This document shows, piece by piece, positions 17,494 to 27,119 of a DNA stretch of 32,000 bases (its first letter is position 1; every line of letters starts with the position of its first letter). Source of the stretch: Sinorhizobium meliloti (GTDB lineage: Bacteria; Pseudomonadota; Alphaproteobacteria; Rhizobiales; Rhizobiaceae); contig NZ_JAGIOS010000003.1 in assembly GCF_017876815.1 (NCBI RefSeq), forward strand, positions 750,001 to 782,000, read 5' to 3'. A program made the translations under genes and the position numbers. The notes under the pieces were generated by a model that did no database searches, was not told the DNA's origin, and saw nothing but the letters and a program-made list of their open reading frames with translations.

Positions 17494-18813
17494 TCATAAC
17501 CATCCGCCCGTGAACCCGGCGCGCCTCAGTCCGACCACCAAGGGCTCGCACCGACGCATGACGTTCCACAAGAGGCCGGTCCTGTAGTTTTCGATCATGA
17601 GAACGACGGGACCCTGGTCGATGCCGAAGTGATAAGGAGTCACCCACCATCCCGTTTCGCTGCCTTCAACCGCAAAGGTCTGGTTGAAGGATGGCTTGAA
17701 GCCGTAGAGGCGTGTCATCCCCAGTTGCATCTGTGCAAAGTTCCAGACAGTCGGAATGACGATCTCCGGAGCGAACGGCAGGGACCCCACAACCACCCAG
17801 GGGGACACGGTGCCATCGTCCGGTCCAAAGGGCGCGCCGCGCGCGGTATAGTCGTAGAATTCCCTTTCCACGCCATCGACTGTTCTCTTGATCCAGCCGG
17901 GACCGTCGCTCGCGGTGAAGCCCCAGCAATGCTCGCCGTAACCGGCAAAGTTCAACGGGTTGCGGATGGCGTATTGCTGCTGGACGTAGGTCGCATGGCG
18001 GCTGTTCTGGAAGTAGTCGCTGTTGTGATCGCGCATGAATTCATCGCGGATCCCGCGAAAATCAATCCACATATGCGAGAGCTGGTGGGTGAAGAGTGGC
18101 CCCGAATAAAGCAGTTCGCGTCCGTAGATGTTTCTCCATTCGTAGCTCTCGGTATAGGCGGAATAGGCGTCCGGAGGCAGCGGATGGGTCCTTGATCCCA
18201 ATCCGAGAATGTAGAGCAGAAGCCCCTCGTCGTAACCACGCCAGCGATAGGGAATGAAGCCGCTTTCCGGTCGCCAGCCGTGGGTCAAGGTAGGCCCATG
18301 GTCACAGGCCCAGTTCCAGTCGGCCCGTTCGTAGAGCGTGTTGGCAAGCTGCCTAACCTCGACTTCGTCGGCGCTGTCGCCGTCGAAATAGGCGGCTACG
18401 GTCAAGGCTCCGGCAAACAGGAAGGCCGAATCGATCGTCGACAGCTCGCACTGCCAGACCCGCCGGCCGGTCTCGATGTCGAGGAAATGATAGAAGAAGC
18501 CCTTATAGCCAGACGCGTCGGGCTCCGGTCCCTGTGGGCAGGCCAGCAGGAATGCCAGCTTCTTTCGGGCGATCTTGGCCGCAAACTCGCGGATCAGGAC
18601 GCCGCGCTCGACGACCACGGGAAGCGCCGCGAGCGCCATGCCGATCGCGGCTATGCTCGCCGGAGCGTTGGGCTCGGTCTTGTCGCGAACGAGCCCGTTG
18701 TCCGGGTTGGTGCAATGGAGGTAATAGAGCAGCGTCGTGAACTGGAGCCGGCCGAGGTCCTGGTCGGTCGGCATGCGAGTGAGTTTCGGGGCGATCGATA
18801 GCATCTGTGACAT
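17494..18813 (-). CDS. GH144-like (putative glucoamylase-fold) endo-beta-1,2-glucanase family protein, no signal peptide
   Basis: 439 aa. Motifs remembered from the Glycoamylase/GH144 family: NGLVRDK, GFFYHFLD, STIDSAFLFAG, GWRPESGF, YDEGLLLYILGLGS, GIDQGPVVLMIENYRTGLLW. Starts 5 nt after the GH94 stop. Confidence 0.75.
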   Translation of the reverse strand: MSQMLSIAPKLTRMPTDQDLGRLQFTTLLYYLHCTNPDNGLVRDKTEPNAPASIAAIGMALAALPVVVERGVLIREFAAKIARKKLAFLLACPQGPEPDASGYKGFFYHFLDIETGRRVWQCELSTIDSAFLFAGALTVAAYFDGDSADEVEVRQLANTLYERADWNWACDHGPTLTHGWRPESGFIPYRWRGYDEGLLLYILGLGSRTHPLPPDAYSAYTESYEWRNIYGRELLYSGPLFTHQLSHMWIDFRGIRDEFMRDHNSDYFQNSRHATYVQQQYAIRNPLNFAGYGEHCWGFTASDGPGWIKRTVDGVEREFYDYTARGAPFGPDDGTVSPWVVVGSLPFAPEIVIPTVWNFAQMQLGMTRLYGFKPSFNQTFAVEGSETGWWVTPYHFGIDQGPVVLMIENYRTGLLWNVMRRCEPLVVGLRRAGFTGGWL

Positions 18814-18818
18814 AGTTT

Positions 18819-21800
18819 TTAGCCAAGGATCACTCGGACGTCGTGGAAACGACCATCATCTGCTAACGGTATCTTTGTGTCCGCCAGCGGTGTGTCATCA
18901 AGGAGAATCGAACGTACCCCGCGACAGACGCCGGCCGTGTTGTCCACGTGGATGCGGTATGTCGATGATCCGTGCCTGTACTTGATTTCGAACTCCGGCC
19001 AGTCGGTCGGTACACATGGTTCGATCAAAAGAAACTGGGCCTGTCGGCGAAAACCAAGGATCGCCTCGAGCGCGACGCGGTACAACCAGCCTGCTGCTCC
19101 CGTATACCATGTCCAGCCACCGCGGCCGGTATTTGGCGGTGCGCCGTAGACATCGGCGCTGACGACATATGGCTCGACCCTGTAATGCTGAGCGTCCTGC
19201 TTCGTCGTCGCGTGATTGATCGGATTCAGCAGGTTCCAAAGCTCCAGCGCCCGATCGCCGTCGCCTTGCAGCGCAGTGGCCAACACGACCCAGGCAGCCG
19301 CATGGGTATATTGCCCGCCATTTTCTCGTATGCCGGGAACATAGCCCTTGATGTAGCCCGGCTGCAGCGAACCCTTGTCGAATGGCGGATCGAACAACTG
19401 GATCAGCTTGTCCCGCCGGCGCACGAGTCTTTGATAGGCCGCGCTCATCGCCCTTGACGCGCGTTCATCGTCGGCTTCGCCAGAGATGACGGCCCAGGCC
19501 TGCGGAAGGGCATCGATCTGGCACTCGTCGTTCGAAGAGGAGCCGAGCGGCGTGCCGTCGTCAAAATAGGCGCGGCGGTACCAGGAGCCGTCCCAGGCGT
19601 GTTCTTCCAAGGCCGCGCGCAATCCTTCAGCACGTTCGCAGCACCAAGTTTCGCGGCTTTCGTCTCCACGCGATGACGCGATCGTCGCAAATGATTTCAG
19701 CACCGTCAGGAAGAACCAGCCGTTCCAAACACTTTCACCTCGGCCCTCGGCGCCGACCTTGTTCATGCCGTCGTTCCAGTCGCCCGTTCCCATGAGCGGC
19801 AAACCGTGCTGACCGAGCCGGAAACCGTATTCCAATGCACGGATACAGTGTTCGTAGAGCGTATCGGTCCGTTCGCTGACGTCCGGTTTGCCGAAGTCCT
19901 CCTCCTGGCCCTCCTTGAGAACGGGTGACGTGATGAAAGGCACCTGCTCATTAAGAAGGTCAACGTCGCCAGTCGCCGAAACGTAGTGGTGGACGACGAA
20001 AGGCAGAAAATAGAGGTCGTCGGTGATCCGTGTGCGCACGCCGACGCCGGACGGCGGGTGCCACCAATGTTGAACGTCTCCTTCCGTGAATTGACGCGCG
20101 GCTGCTCGCAGAATGTGTGCGCGTGTCTCGTCCGGCGCGCTGTGGACCAACGCCATCACATCCTGAAGCTGGTCCCTGAAACCGAATGCGCCCCCGGACT
20201 GATAAAAGCCAGACCGCCCCCAGACGCGACAAGCCAGGACCTGATACAGCAGCCAGCGATTCATCATCAGATTCATGCCGACGTCCGGTGTCGAGACCTG
20301 AACCGTATCCAGCAAATCGTTCCATTGACAGCATATGGCCGCGAAGCTTTCGCTCGCACGTTCCGGGTCGGCATAATCGCGCACAAGTCTGCGGACCTGC
20401 TCGTGGCTGCGGGCCTGCCCCAGAACAAAGATAACCTCCTTGCTCTCGCCGGGTGCCAGGGAGATCTCTACCATCAGCGCGGCACAGGGGTCCTGCAAGG
20501 GACCGAAGCTTTCTGCCAAATCGGTTCGCCCTAGGGCCGCTGGCGAGGACACTGAACCGTGTTTCCCAAGAAATTCCGCGCGGTCGGATGTCGTCGACCT
20601 CGGAGGCTGGCTGGCGGCCGCAAACGCAAGCCTTTTCGCGAAAACGCCGGCCCATGAGTTCCGTGCCATGATCGCATTCGATTTCGCATCGCGTTCGCAG
20701 ACGATTTGCATTGCCGTGTCGTCACGCTGGGTTCCCAACACCCATTCGGCGAAATACGTTGCGGTCAGATGGCGAGTTCGCGCGTCGTCATTGCTCAGCC
20801 TCAAATACATCACCTTGACCGGATCTTCCGGCGGAACATGCACCGTCAATTCGTGGTTCAGGCGCCGGCTACGGCTTACATAGCGACTATAGCCCTGGCC
20901 GTGATGAACAGTCACGAACGTTCCATGTCCAAGTGGCAGAGGCGTCGGAGTCCAGACGTCGCCGCTCTCCTCGTCCCTCAAGTAGATGACCTCGCCTGGC
21001 GTATCCGAAACGGGGTCGTTCGACCACGGCGTCAACCGGTTCATTTGGCTGTTGCCCCACCAGGTGTAGCCGAGCCCCGCCTCAGTCGTCAGGCAGCCGA
21101 AGTCCGGGTTGGCCAAAACATTGCTCCAAGGTGCGGGCGGCAAGGCCGGTGCTCGCGACTTAACGCCGTCCACCATGACGACATATTCGCGTCCCGAGGG
21201 GGTGAACCCCCCGAATCCGTTCCAATATAGCAAATCTTTAGTGGATGTGGTCGAAGCCGGCTCCGGGGGCTCTTCGCCCGTTTGAGCGGCCAGAATACGT
21301 GCAGGAAGTGATGCGGCGGGGGATTGCCGGTCGAACAGGCTTGCGAGAGGCCTGCCGCCATCCGGCAAGACGATCCGCGCTGCGGCCGTGATTGCATCCA
21401 GGTGATCGCTCGGGACCGTCGCTGCAGAAAGGACAAAGATTCCGCCTGGTTTGCCCAGCATTCCGGTTTGCGGGCCGGCTCGCAGATCTTTGGCAAGCCG
21501 CTCGGCACTACTCGCGCCACGCCTGTCATATAACGCAAGATCGAACAGCAGACCTCGGCGGCGGGCGAAGTCGTGCGCCATCCTCACTTCGCGAATGAGC
21601 GCGGCATCCCCGTCGCCATTCACGCGAACCAGCATGATTGGAAGATCACCGGAAATTCCGTGGGACCAAAGCGCTCCCCTATCCAGTGGATTTTTCTTCA
21701 GTGCCCTGGCCAATCGCATGGCCGGATTTGCAAACAGGATGCTCCCGGCAAGCTGGTTGAACAGCGACACGTCGCCGGGGGTTAAGTTCGAGCCCTGAAG

Positions 21801-22748
21801 CTCGCCTTGATACGCCTCCAGCGCTTCGGAGAAGGCGCGGTCCGCCCCCTCGATTGTCGAGTAGCGTTCGGCTATTTCCTGGGCCGCCTGTTGATTGTCC
21901 GTCGCTCCCGTGACAAAGGCGGCGCGCACCTTGGCTTTGGGTTTCAGATGGACAATCCTTTGCAGGCAGAAGATCGCATCGAGCACCGGCCCGGTCGACT
22001 TGGAAAGCATGGCACCTGGGTCCAGCATCGCGGGGTCAGCCGTCGTGCGGCCCCTTCCGAGGAATTTGAGCCGATCGGTCTCATGGGCGACTTCTGCCCG
22101 GATCTGTTGATCTGATGATGAAACATGGACGGCCCAGACGGGTGGCTCTGCCGCATCGCGCGGCCGGCGTCGCGCAAACAAAGCACCGGTCGCGTCATCG
22201 TGCTGCGTCTCCACGAAGAGCTTGGCAAAGGCCGGATGCGCCCTGTCCGCGCGGCGATCGTTCAGGCAGACCTCGGAATAGCTGGTAAGATCGAGGGTCC
22301 GCTCTCGTCCGCCATGGTTGACGACGGTAAGCTCACGCACTTCCGCGTCGGCATCCTGCGCGACGCAGACTTTCCAGGAGATTTCAATGTCTTCGGAACG
22401 ACAGGAGAACTCGGCCCGGTCTCCGTGAAAAGAGTGCGCGTAGCTGTTTGCAGGCTGGAAAACGGGTTGCTTGCCGATAGACCACACCGTTTTGTCCGCC
22501 TGGTCGCGGACGTAGCAAACCTGCCCCCAGCAATCTCGCGTGACATCTTCGCGCCACCGCGTGACGTCAAGGCTCCGCCAGATGGCACAACCCGCGCCTG
22601 CATCAGTAACCATGACGCTGTAACGGCCGTTGGAAAGCAGGGCGACGGCTGGGCCTGTATCCGCCAGCTCAGGCGAGCTGTCGTGTCTCGTCACCTCGGG
22701 CGGTCTGCGGCCTTGATTTGTTTTTGACATTGACGTTTCCCAGCTCAA
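18819..22748 (-). CDS. GH94-family glucan phosphorylase (NdvB/Cgs C-terminal-like; beta-1,2-oligoglucan phosphorylase-like), 1309 aa
   Basis: N-terminal LSNGRYSVMVTDAGAGCAIWRSLDVTRWREDVTRDCWG resembles the post-glycosyltransferase region of cyclic glucan synthases. The GH94 core has PPAPWSNVLANPDFG, GYTWWGNSQMNRLTPW, FGFRDQLQD, GDVQHWWHP, TGDWNDGMN and GESVWNGWF. No GT domain and no TM segments. Start is TTG 22748 or ATG 22730. Confidence 0.85.
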   Translation of the reverse strand: MSWETSMSKTNQGRRPPEVTRHDSSPELADTGPAVALLSNGRYSVMVTDAGAGCAIWRSLDVTRWREDVTRDCWGQVCYVRDQADKTVWSIGKQPVFQPANSYAHSFHGDRAEFSCRSEDIEISWKVCVAQDADAEVRELTVVNHGGRERTLDLTSYSEVCLNDRRADRAHPAFAKLFVETQHDDATGALFARRRPRDAAEPPVWAVHVSSSDQQIRAEVAHETDRLKFLGRGRTTADPAMLDPGAMLSKSTGPVLDAIFCLQRIVHLKPKAKVRAAFVTGATDNQQAAQEIAERYSTIEGADRAFSEALEAYQGELQGSNLTPGDVSLFNQLAGSILFANPAMRLARALKKNPLDRGALWSHGISGDLPIMLVRVNGDGDAALIREVRMAHDFARRRGLLFDLALYDRRGASSAERLAKDLRAGPQTGMLGKPGGIFVLSAATVPSDHLDAITAAARIVLPDGGRPLASLFDRQSPAASLPARILAAQTGEEPPEPASTTSTKDLLYWNGFGGFTPSGREYVVMVDGVKSRAPALPPAPWSNVLANPDFGCLTTEAGLGYTWWGNSQMNRLTPWSNDPVSDTPGEVIYLRDEESGDVWTPTPLPLGHGTFVTVHHGQGYSRYVSRSRRLNHELTVHVPPEDPVKVMYLRLSNDDARTRHLTATYFAEWVLGTQRDDTAMQIVCERDAKSNAIMARNSWAGVFAKRLAFAAASQPPRSTTSDRAEFLGKHGSVSSPAALGRTDLAESFGPLQDPCAALMVEISLAPGESKEVIFVLGQARSHEQVRRLVRDYADPERASESFAAICCQWNDLLDTVQVSTPDVGMNLMMNRWLLYQVLACRVWGRSGFYQSGGAFGFRDQLQDVMALVHSAPDETRAHILRAAARQFTEGDVQHWWHPPSGVGVRTRITDDLYFLPFVVHHYVSATGDVDLLNEQVPFITSPVLKEGQEEDFGKPDVSERTDTLYEHCIRALEYGFRLGQHGLPLMGTGDWNDGMNKVGAEGRGESVWNGWFFLTVLKSFATIASSRGDESRETWCCERAEGLRAALEEHAWDGSWYRRAYFDDGTPLGSSSNDECQIDALPQAWAVISGEADDERASRAMSAAYQRLVRRRDKLIQLFDPPFDKGSLQPGYIKGYVPGIRENGGQYTHAAAWVVLATALQGDGDRALELWNLLNPINHATTKQDAQHYRVEPYVVSADVYGAPPNTGRGGWTWYTGAAGWLYRVALEAILGFRRQAQFLLIEPCVPTDWPEFEIKYRHGSSTYRIHVDNTAGVCRGVRSILLDDTPLADTKIPLADDGRFHDVRVILG

Positions 22749-22813
22749 CCGACGACATGGACTTCGAAAGCAGGACCATCACGGTAACCGCCGCCGGAGC
22801 CTCCGCGGGCTAG

Positions 22814-22847
22814 ATCATTTCATGTCGCACCGAAACGGTGAAATGAT
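22814..22847. repeat. inverted repeat ATCATTTCA-N16-TGAAATGAT in the AT-rich gap upstream of the GH94 gene
   Basis: Read directly. An inner CACCG-AAA-CGGTG mini-hairpin overlaps the right arm. A half-matching TTGT-N6-GCAA motif lies at 22856-22869. Confidence 0.5.
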
Positions 22848-22904
22848 TTAACCCTTTGTAATCATGCAACTAATAAAATGCCGCACACGTTTCCCGGAAT
22901 TGCT

Positions 22905-23474
22905 CTAGCCAGCGACGTGTCCGTTCCATACTCTCACTGCGGGTACCTCGTGGTAGTAGGTGAGGACGCTTAACGTGCCGGTATTCAGGAGAAAATGCTG
23001 CCCTGCGCGTGGTGGCAGGCCGATCCATCGCGCTGCAAGCACGCGCAGCACGTGCCCATGCGCAAATAGCGCAACGTCGCCCTTCGCAGCCCGGACGCGC
23101 GTCACGACCTGATCCACACGAGCACCCACCTGACTGGGCGTCTCGCCGCCGGGGCAACCATCCCGGAAAATCAACCAGCCCGGCCTCTTCGCCTGGATTT
23201 GCTGGGGTGTATGCCCCTCGTATTCGCCGTAGTTCCACTCCATCAAGCTTCGGTCGCCGAGGGCGGCGGCGCCGAGACCCACCAAGTCACAAGTCTCCCG
23301 TGCCCGCTGCAGCGGGCTTACGAGAACGAGCGCGAACGTGTGCCGAGCCAACACCGGCCGCATCCTTTCCGCCTGTCGTCGTCCGTTGTCGGTCAAGGGG
23401 ACGTCTGTTGTGCCCGTGTGTTGCCCGCTCAGACTCCACTCGGTCTCCCCATGCCTGATCACGAATACGTTCAC
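22905..23474 (-). CDS. histidine phosphatase (phosphoglycerate mutase-like) family protein
   Basis: 189 aa. Has VIRHGETEWS (RHG motif), SPLQRARET and FAHGHVLR. GTG start with a GGGAGGG RBS, 16 nt after the phosphoketolase stop. Confidence 0.85.
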   Translation of the reverse strand: MNVFVIRHGETEWSLSGQHTGTTDVPLTDNGRRQAERMRPVLARHTFALVLVSPLQRARETCDLVGLGAAALGDRSLMEWNYGEYEGHTPQQIQAKRPGWLIFRDGCPGGETPSQVGARVDQVVTRVRAAKGDVALFAHGHVLRVLAARWIGLPPRAGQHFLLNTGTLSVLTYYHEVPAVRVWNGHVAG

Positions 23475-23490
23475 GTCCAGCCCTCCCGGC

Positions 23491-25953
23491 TCAGACGTTG
23501 TCCCCTTCCGTAGAGGTTTTCCGGGACACTGCTGTCGTGTCTTTCACGCCCCACTTCCATCCGCTGATCGCAAGCATGTCGTCGCCATGCTTTTCGATAT
23601 ATTCGCGATGCTCGATTAGCTTCTCGTGAATTGCCTGCTTGAAATAGGCGGCACGGGCACCGAGTTGCGGCAGCCGATCGATGACATCCTCGACGAGGTG
23701 GAACCGGTCGAGCTCGTTCAGGACCACCATGTCGAACGGGGTGGTCGTCGTGCCTTCCTCCTTGTAACCGCGCACGTGCAGGTTGCCGTGATTTTTTCTG
23801 CGATAGGTGAACCGATGGATCAGCCACGGATAACCGTGGAAGGCGAAGATGATCGGCTTGTCCCTTGTGAAGAAGGCGTCGAAATCACGGTCCGATAGCC
23901 CATGCGGATGCTCCTCCGCAGGTTGCAGCTTCATCAGGTTGACGACATTGATCACCCGCACCTTCAGCTCGGGCAGGTGTTCGCGGAGCAGTTGCACCGC
24001 CGCAAGTGTTTCGAGGGTCGGGACGTCGCCGCAACAGGCCATAACGACATCGGGCTCGCTGCCCTTGTCGCTGCTCGCCCAATCCCAGATGCTGAGGCCC
24101 ATGGCGCAGTGCCTAACGGCCTCGCTCATCGTCAGCCATTGCGGCGCAGGCTGTTTTCCGGCGACGACCACGTTGACGTAGTCGCGACTGCGCAGGCAGT
24201 GGTCCGTGACGCACAGCAGGGTGTTGGCGTCCGGCGGCAGGTAGACGCGGATCACGTCCGCCTTTTTATTGACGACATGGTCGATGAAGCCAGGGTCCTG
24301 ATGGCTGAAGCCGTTGTGATCCTGTCGCCAGACATGCGAACTGAGGAAATAGTTCAGTGAGCCGATGGGTCTGCGCCACGGGATTTCGCCACACACCTTG
24401 AGCCACTTGGCATGCTGGTTGAACATTGAGTCGATGATGTGGATGAAGGCTTCGTAGCAGGAGAAGAAGCCGTGGCGGCCTGTCAGCAGGTAGCCTTCCA
24501 GCCATCCCTGGCACTGGTGCTCGCTCAGTACTTCCATGATGCGGCCGTCCGGCGAGAGATGGTCGTCCTCCGGATAGATATCCGCCATGTAGCAGCGATC
24601 GGTTACCTCAAGCACATCCTGCCAGCGGTTGGAGTTGTTCTCGTCCGGACTGAACAGCCGGAAGTTCTTGCTCTCCAGGTTCGCCTTCATCACGTCGCGC
24701 AGGAACTTGCCCATGGCGCGGGCTGACTCGGCCATAGTCGCGCCAGGGCTGGTTACCTCCACGGCGTAGTCCCTGAAATTCGGCATCTTCAAATCACGCA
24801 AAAGCAACCCGCCGTTGGCGTGGGGGTTGTCGCTCATCCGGCGGTGGCCCGCCGGAGCGAGCGATGCAATTTCAGTCGTGAGCCGACCGGTCTCGTCGAA
24901 AAGCTCCTCGGGCCGATAGCTTTTCATCCATTGTTCGAGAATGCGGATATGCTCCGGCTTGTCCATCTCGCCCATGGGCACCTGATGCGATCGCCAGTAG
25001 TCCTCGCATTTCTTGCCATCGATCTCCGGCGGGCACGTCCAGCCCTTTGGCGTCCGAAAGACAATCATCGGCCATGCCGGGCGCTTGAGATTGCCGTTCG
25101 TGCGGGCATCGGCCCAGATTTCCTTGATCTTGCCGACCACAGTGTCGAGCACGCCTGCGAGCTTCTGGTGAACATCCTCGGGATCACGGCCCTCGACAAA
25201 ATATGGCCTGTATCCCATCCCCTCGAAGAACTTGCGCAATTCCTCCTCGGGAATGCGGGCGAGGAAGCAGGGGTTGGCAATCTTATAGCCGTTCAGGTGA
25301 AGGATCGGCAGCACACAGCCGTCGCGGGCAGGATTGAGGAATTTGTTGCTTTGCCAGCCGGTCGCGAGCGGACCGGTCTCGGCCTCCCCGTCGCCAACGA
25401 CACAGGCGATGATCAGATCGGGATTGTCGAATGCCGCGCCATAGGCATGGCTGAGCGCGTATCCGAGTTCGCCGCCCTCGTGGATGCTGCCGGGTGTCTC
25501 GGGCGCGACATGGCTCGGTATGCCGCCGGGGAAGCTGAACTGCTTGAACAGCCGCTTCATCCCTTCCGTATCCTCGCTGATATTCGGATAGAACTCACTA
25601 TAGGTGCCTTCGAGATAAGCGTGCGCCACCAATGACGGTCCGCCGTGGCCGGGGCCGATGACGTAGATCATGTTGAGATCGTCGCGTTTGATGACCCGGT
25701 TCAGATGCACATAGAGCATGTTGAGACCGGGCGACGTCCCCCAGTGGCCGAGCAGTCGCGGCTTGATATGCTCGCGCTTCAGGGATTCCCGCAATAGCGG
25801 ATTGTCGAGCAGATATATCTGGCCGACTGAGAGATAGTTGGAAGCTCGCCAGTAGGCGTCCATCAAGCGGAGTTCCGCGGATGACAGCACGGCTGCTACA
25901 TGTGACTTGCCTGATGTTGTCTCGTTCATCGCTGCCGTTTCAAGCGAAGTCAT
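23491..25953 (-). CDS. xfp: phosphoketolase (xylulose-5-P/fructose-6-P phosphoketolase)
   Basis: About 820 aa. Has [42 protein letters not shown] and GDGEAETGP. Start trimmed to ATG 25953 (MTSLE...), which is preceded by GGGAGG. Confidence 0.92.
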   Translation of the reverse strand: MTSLETAAMNETTSGKSHVAAVLSSAELRLMDAYWRASNYLSVGQIYLLDNPLLRESLKREHIKPRLLGHWGTSPGLNMLYVHLNRVIKRDDLNMIYVIGPGHGGPSLVAHAYLEGTYSEFYPNISEDTEGMKRLFKQFSFPGGIPSHVAPETPGSIHEGGELGYALSHAYGAAFDNPDLIIACVVGDGEAETGPLATGWQSNKFLNPARDGCVLPILHLNGYKIANPCFLARIPEEELRKFFEGMGYRPYFVEGRDPEDVHQKLAGVLDTVVGKIKEIWADARTNGNLKRPAWPMIVFRTPKGWTCPPEIDGKKCEDYWRSHQVPMGEMDKPEHIRILEQWMKSYRPEELFDETGRLTTEIASLAPAGHRRMSDNPHANGGLLLRDLKMPNFRDYAVEVTSPGATMAESARAMGKFLRDVMKANLESKNFRLFSPDENNSNRWQDVLEVTDRCYMADIYPEDDHLSPDGRIMEVLSEHQCQGWLEGYLLTGRHGFFSCYEAFIHIIDSMFNQHAKWLKVCGEIPWRRPIGSLNYFLSSHVWRQDHNGFSHQDPGFIDHVVNKKADVIRVYLPPDANTLLCVTDHCLRSRDYVNVVVAGKQPAPQWLTMSEAVRHCAMGLSIWDWASSDKGSEPDVVMACCGDVPTLETLAAVQLLREHLPELKVRVINVVNLMKLQPAEEHPHGLSDRDFDAFFTRDKPIIFAFHGYPWLIHRFTYRRKNHGNLHVRGYKEEGTTTTPFDMVVLNELDRFHLVEDVIDRLPQLGARAAYFKQAIHEKLIEHREYIEKHGDDMLAISGWKWGVKDTTAVSRKTSTEGDNV

Positions 25954-25995
25954 CTGCACCTCCCGATCATAATGACATTACTGAAATCTCTCCGG

Positions 25996-26009
25996 CTTGC
26001 TGTGATGCA
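25996..26009. promoter_or_regulatory. candidate FixK2-type box TTGC-N6-GCAA between adh and xfp
   Basis: TTGCTGTGATGCAA (part of the palindrome GCTTGC-N6-GCAAGC) fits TTG(A/C)-N6-(T/G)CAA. A minus-strand TATGAT (25966-25971) lies about 34 nt from the box centre. It could equally be a small hairpin after the adh stop. Confidence 0.3.
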
Positions 26010-26011
26010 AG

Positions 26012-27040
26012 CTATTGCAATCGCACGACTATGCGACCGTCGATCTTGCCCGCTTCCATGCGATGAAAGATGTCGTTGATGTTCTCGAGGCTCTCCCACG
26101 AGAAATAAGGCTTTACCTTGCCTTCCGCCGCGAACACGAGCGATTCCTCAAGGTCTTGACGGGTGCCCACGATTGATCCACGCACGGTTATGCGTTTCAG
26201 GACGGTCTCGAAAACCGGCAAGGACATCATTCCGGGGGGAAGGCCGACCAAGACCATCGTACCTTTCGACCGCAGGAAACCAAAGGCCTGTTCCATGGCG
26301 GCGGGAGAGACAGCGGTCACGAGCACTCCGTGAACGCCGCCGCTCGTGGCCTTCTGTACCTGCTCGATTGCATCTTCTGACTTGCCGTTTATTGCGATGT
26401 CGGCGCCAAGTTGCTTAGCCAGCGCCAGCTTGTCTTCGAATATGTCGGCGGCCACTACGTGCATTCCCATTGCCTTGGCATATTGCACCGCCATGTGGCC
26501 GAGACCCCCGACGCCCGAGATGGCCACCCATTCACCGGGACGGACTTCCGTTTCCTTCAGCCCCTTGTAGACGGTCACTCCCGCGCAGAGAACGGGCGCG
26601 GCGGCTCCGAATTCCAACCCATCAGGAATCTTTCCGACGAACTCGGGATCTGCCAGTCCGAACTCCGCGAAGGTGCCGTTCACTGAGTACCCGGTGTTCG
26701 ATTGCGAAGCGCACAGCGTTTCCCAACCGGTCCGGCAATAGGTACAGTAACCGCAAGCGGTGTGGAGCCATGGCACCCCAACCTTGTCACCTTCTTTCAC
26801 TCTCCTCACGCCGGCGCCCACGGCTGAGACGAAGCCAACACCCTCATGCCCTGGAATAAAGGGCGGGGCCGGCTTAACGGGCCAATCGCCGTTTGCCGCA
26901 TGCAGATCGGTATGGCACACGCCCGTCGCTTCATATTTTACCAGGACCTGCCCCGCGCCAGGCGTTGGGACTTCCATCTCCTCTATGGTCAGCGGAGCGC
27001 GGAACTGGCGTACGACAGCCGCCTTCATTGTCTGTGCCAT
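26012..27040 (-). CDS. zinc-dependent alcohol dehydrogenase (AdhA/AdhP type)
   Basis: Trimmed to ATG 27040 (MAQTMKAAVV...) behind GGAGGGG. Has GVCHTDLH, GHEGVG, the structural-zinc region CGYCTYCRTGWETLC and GVGGLGH. Confidence 0.9.
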   Translation of the reverse strand: MAQTMKAAVVRQFRAPLTIEEMEVPTPGAGQVLVKYEATGVCHTDLHAANGDWPVKPAPPFIPGHEGVGFVSAVGAGVRRVKEGDKVGVPWLHTACGYCTYCRTGWETLCASQSNTGYSVNGTFAEFGLADPEFVGKIPDGLEFGAAAPVLCAGVTVYKGLKETEVRPGEWVAISGVGGLGHMAVQYAKAMGMHVVAADIFEDKLALAKQLGADIAINGKSEDAIEQVQKATSGGVHGVLVTAVSPAAMEQAFGFLRSKGTMVLVGLPPGMMSLPVFETVLKRITVRGSIVGTRQDLEESLVFAAEGKVKPYFSWESLENINDIFHRMEAGKIDGRIVVRLQ

Positions 27041-27119
27041 TTGCATTCCCCTCCATCTCATACGGCTTCAGAGACACCTCTCAGGGGGGTGCCGAGAGTT
27101 TGCGTTGTGAACGGCAGCG

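Noticed and set aside
22822-22851. Nine-codon mini-ORF (MSHRNGEMI) overlapping the inverted repeat upstream of the GH94 gene.
   Set aside because: It has no RBS, lies on the strand opposite to all neighbouring genes, and is explained by the palindrome itself.
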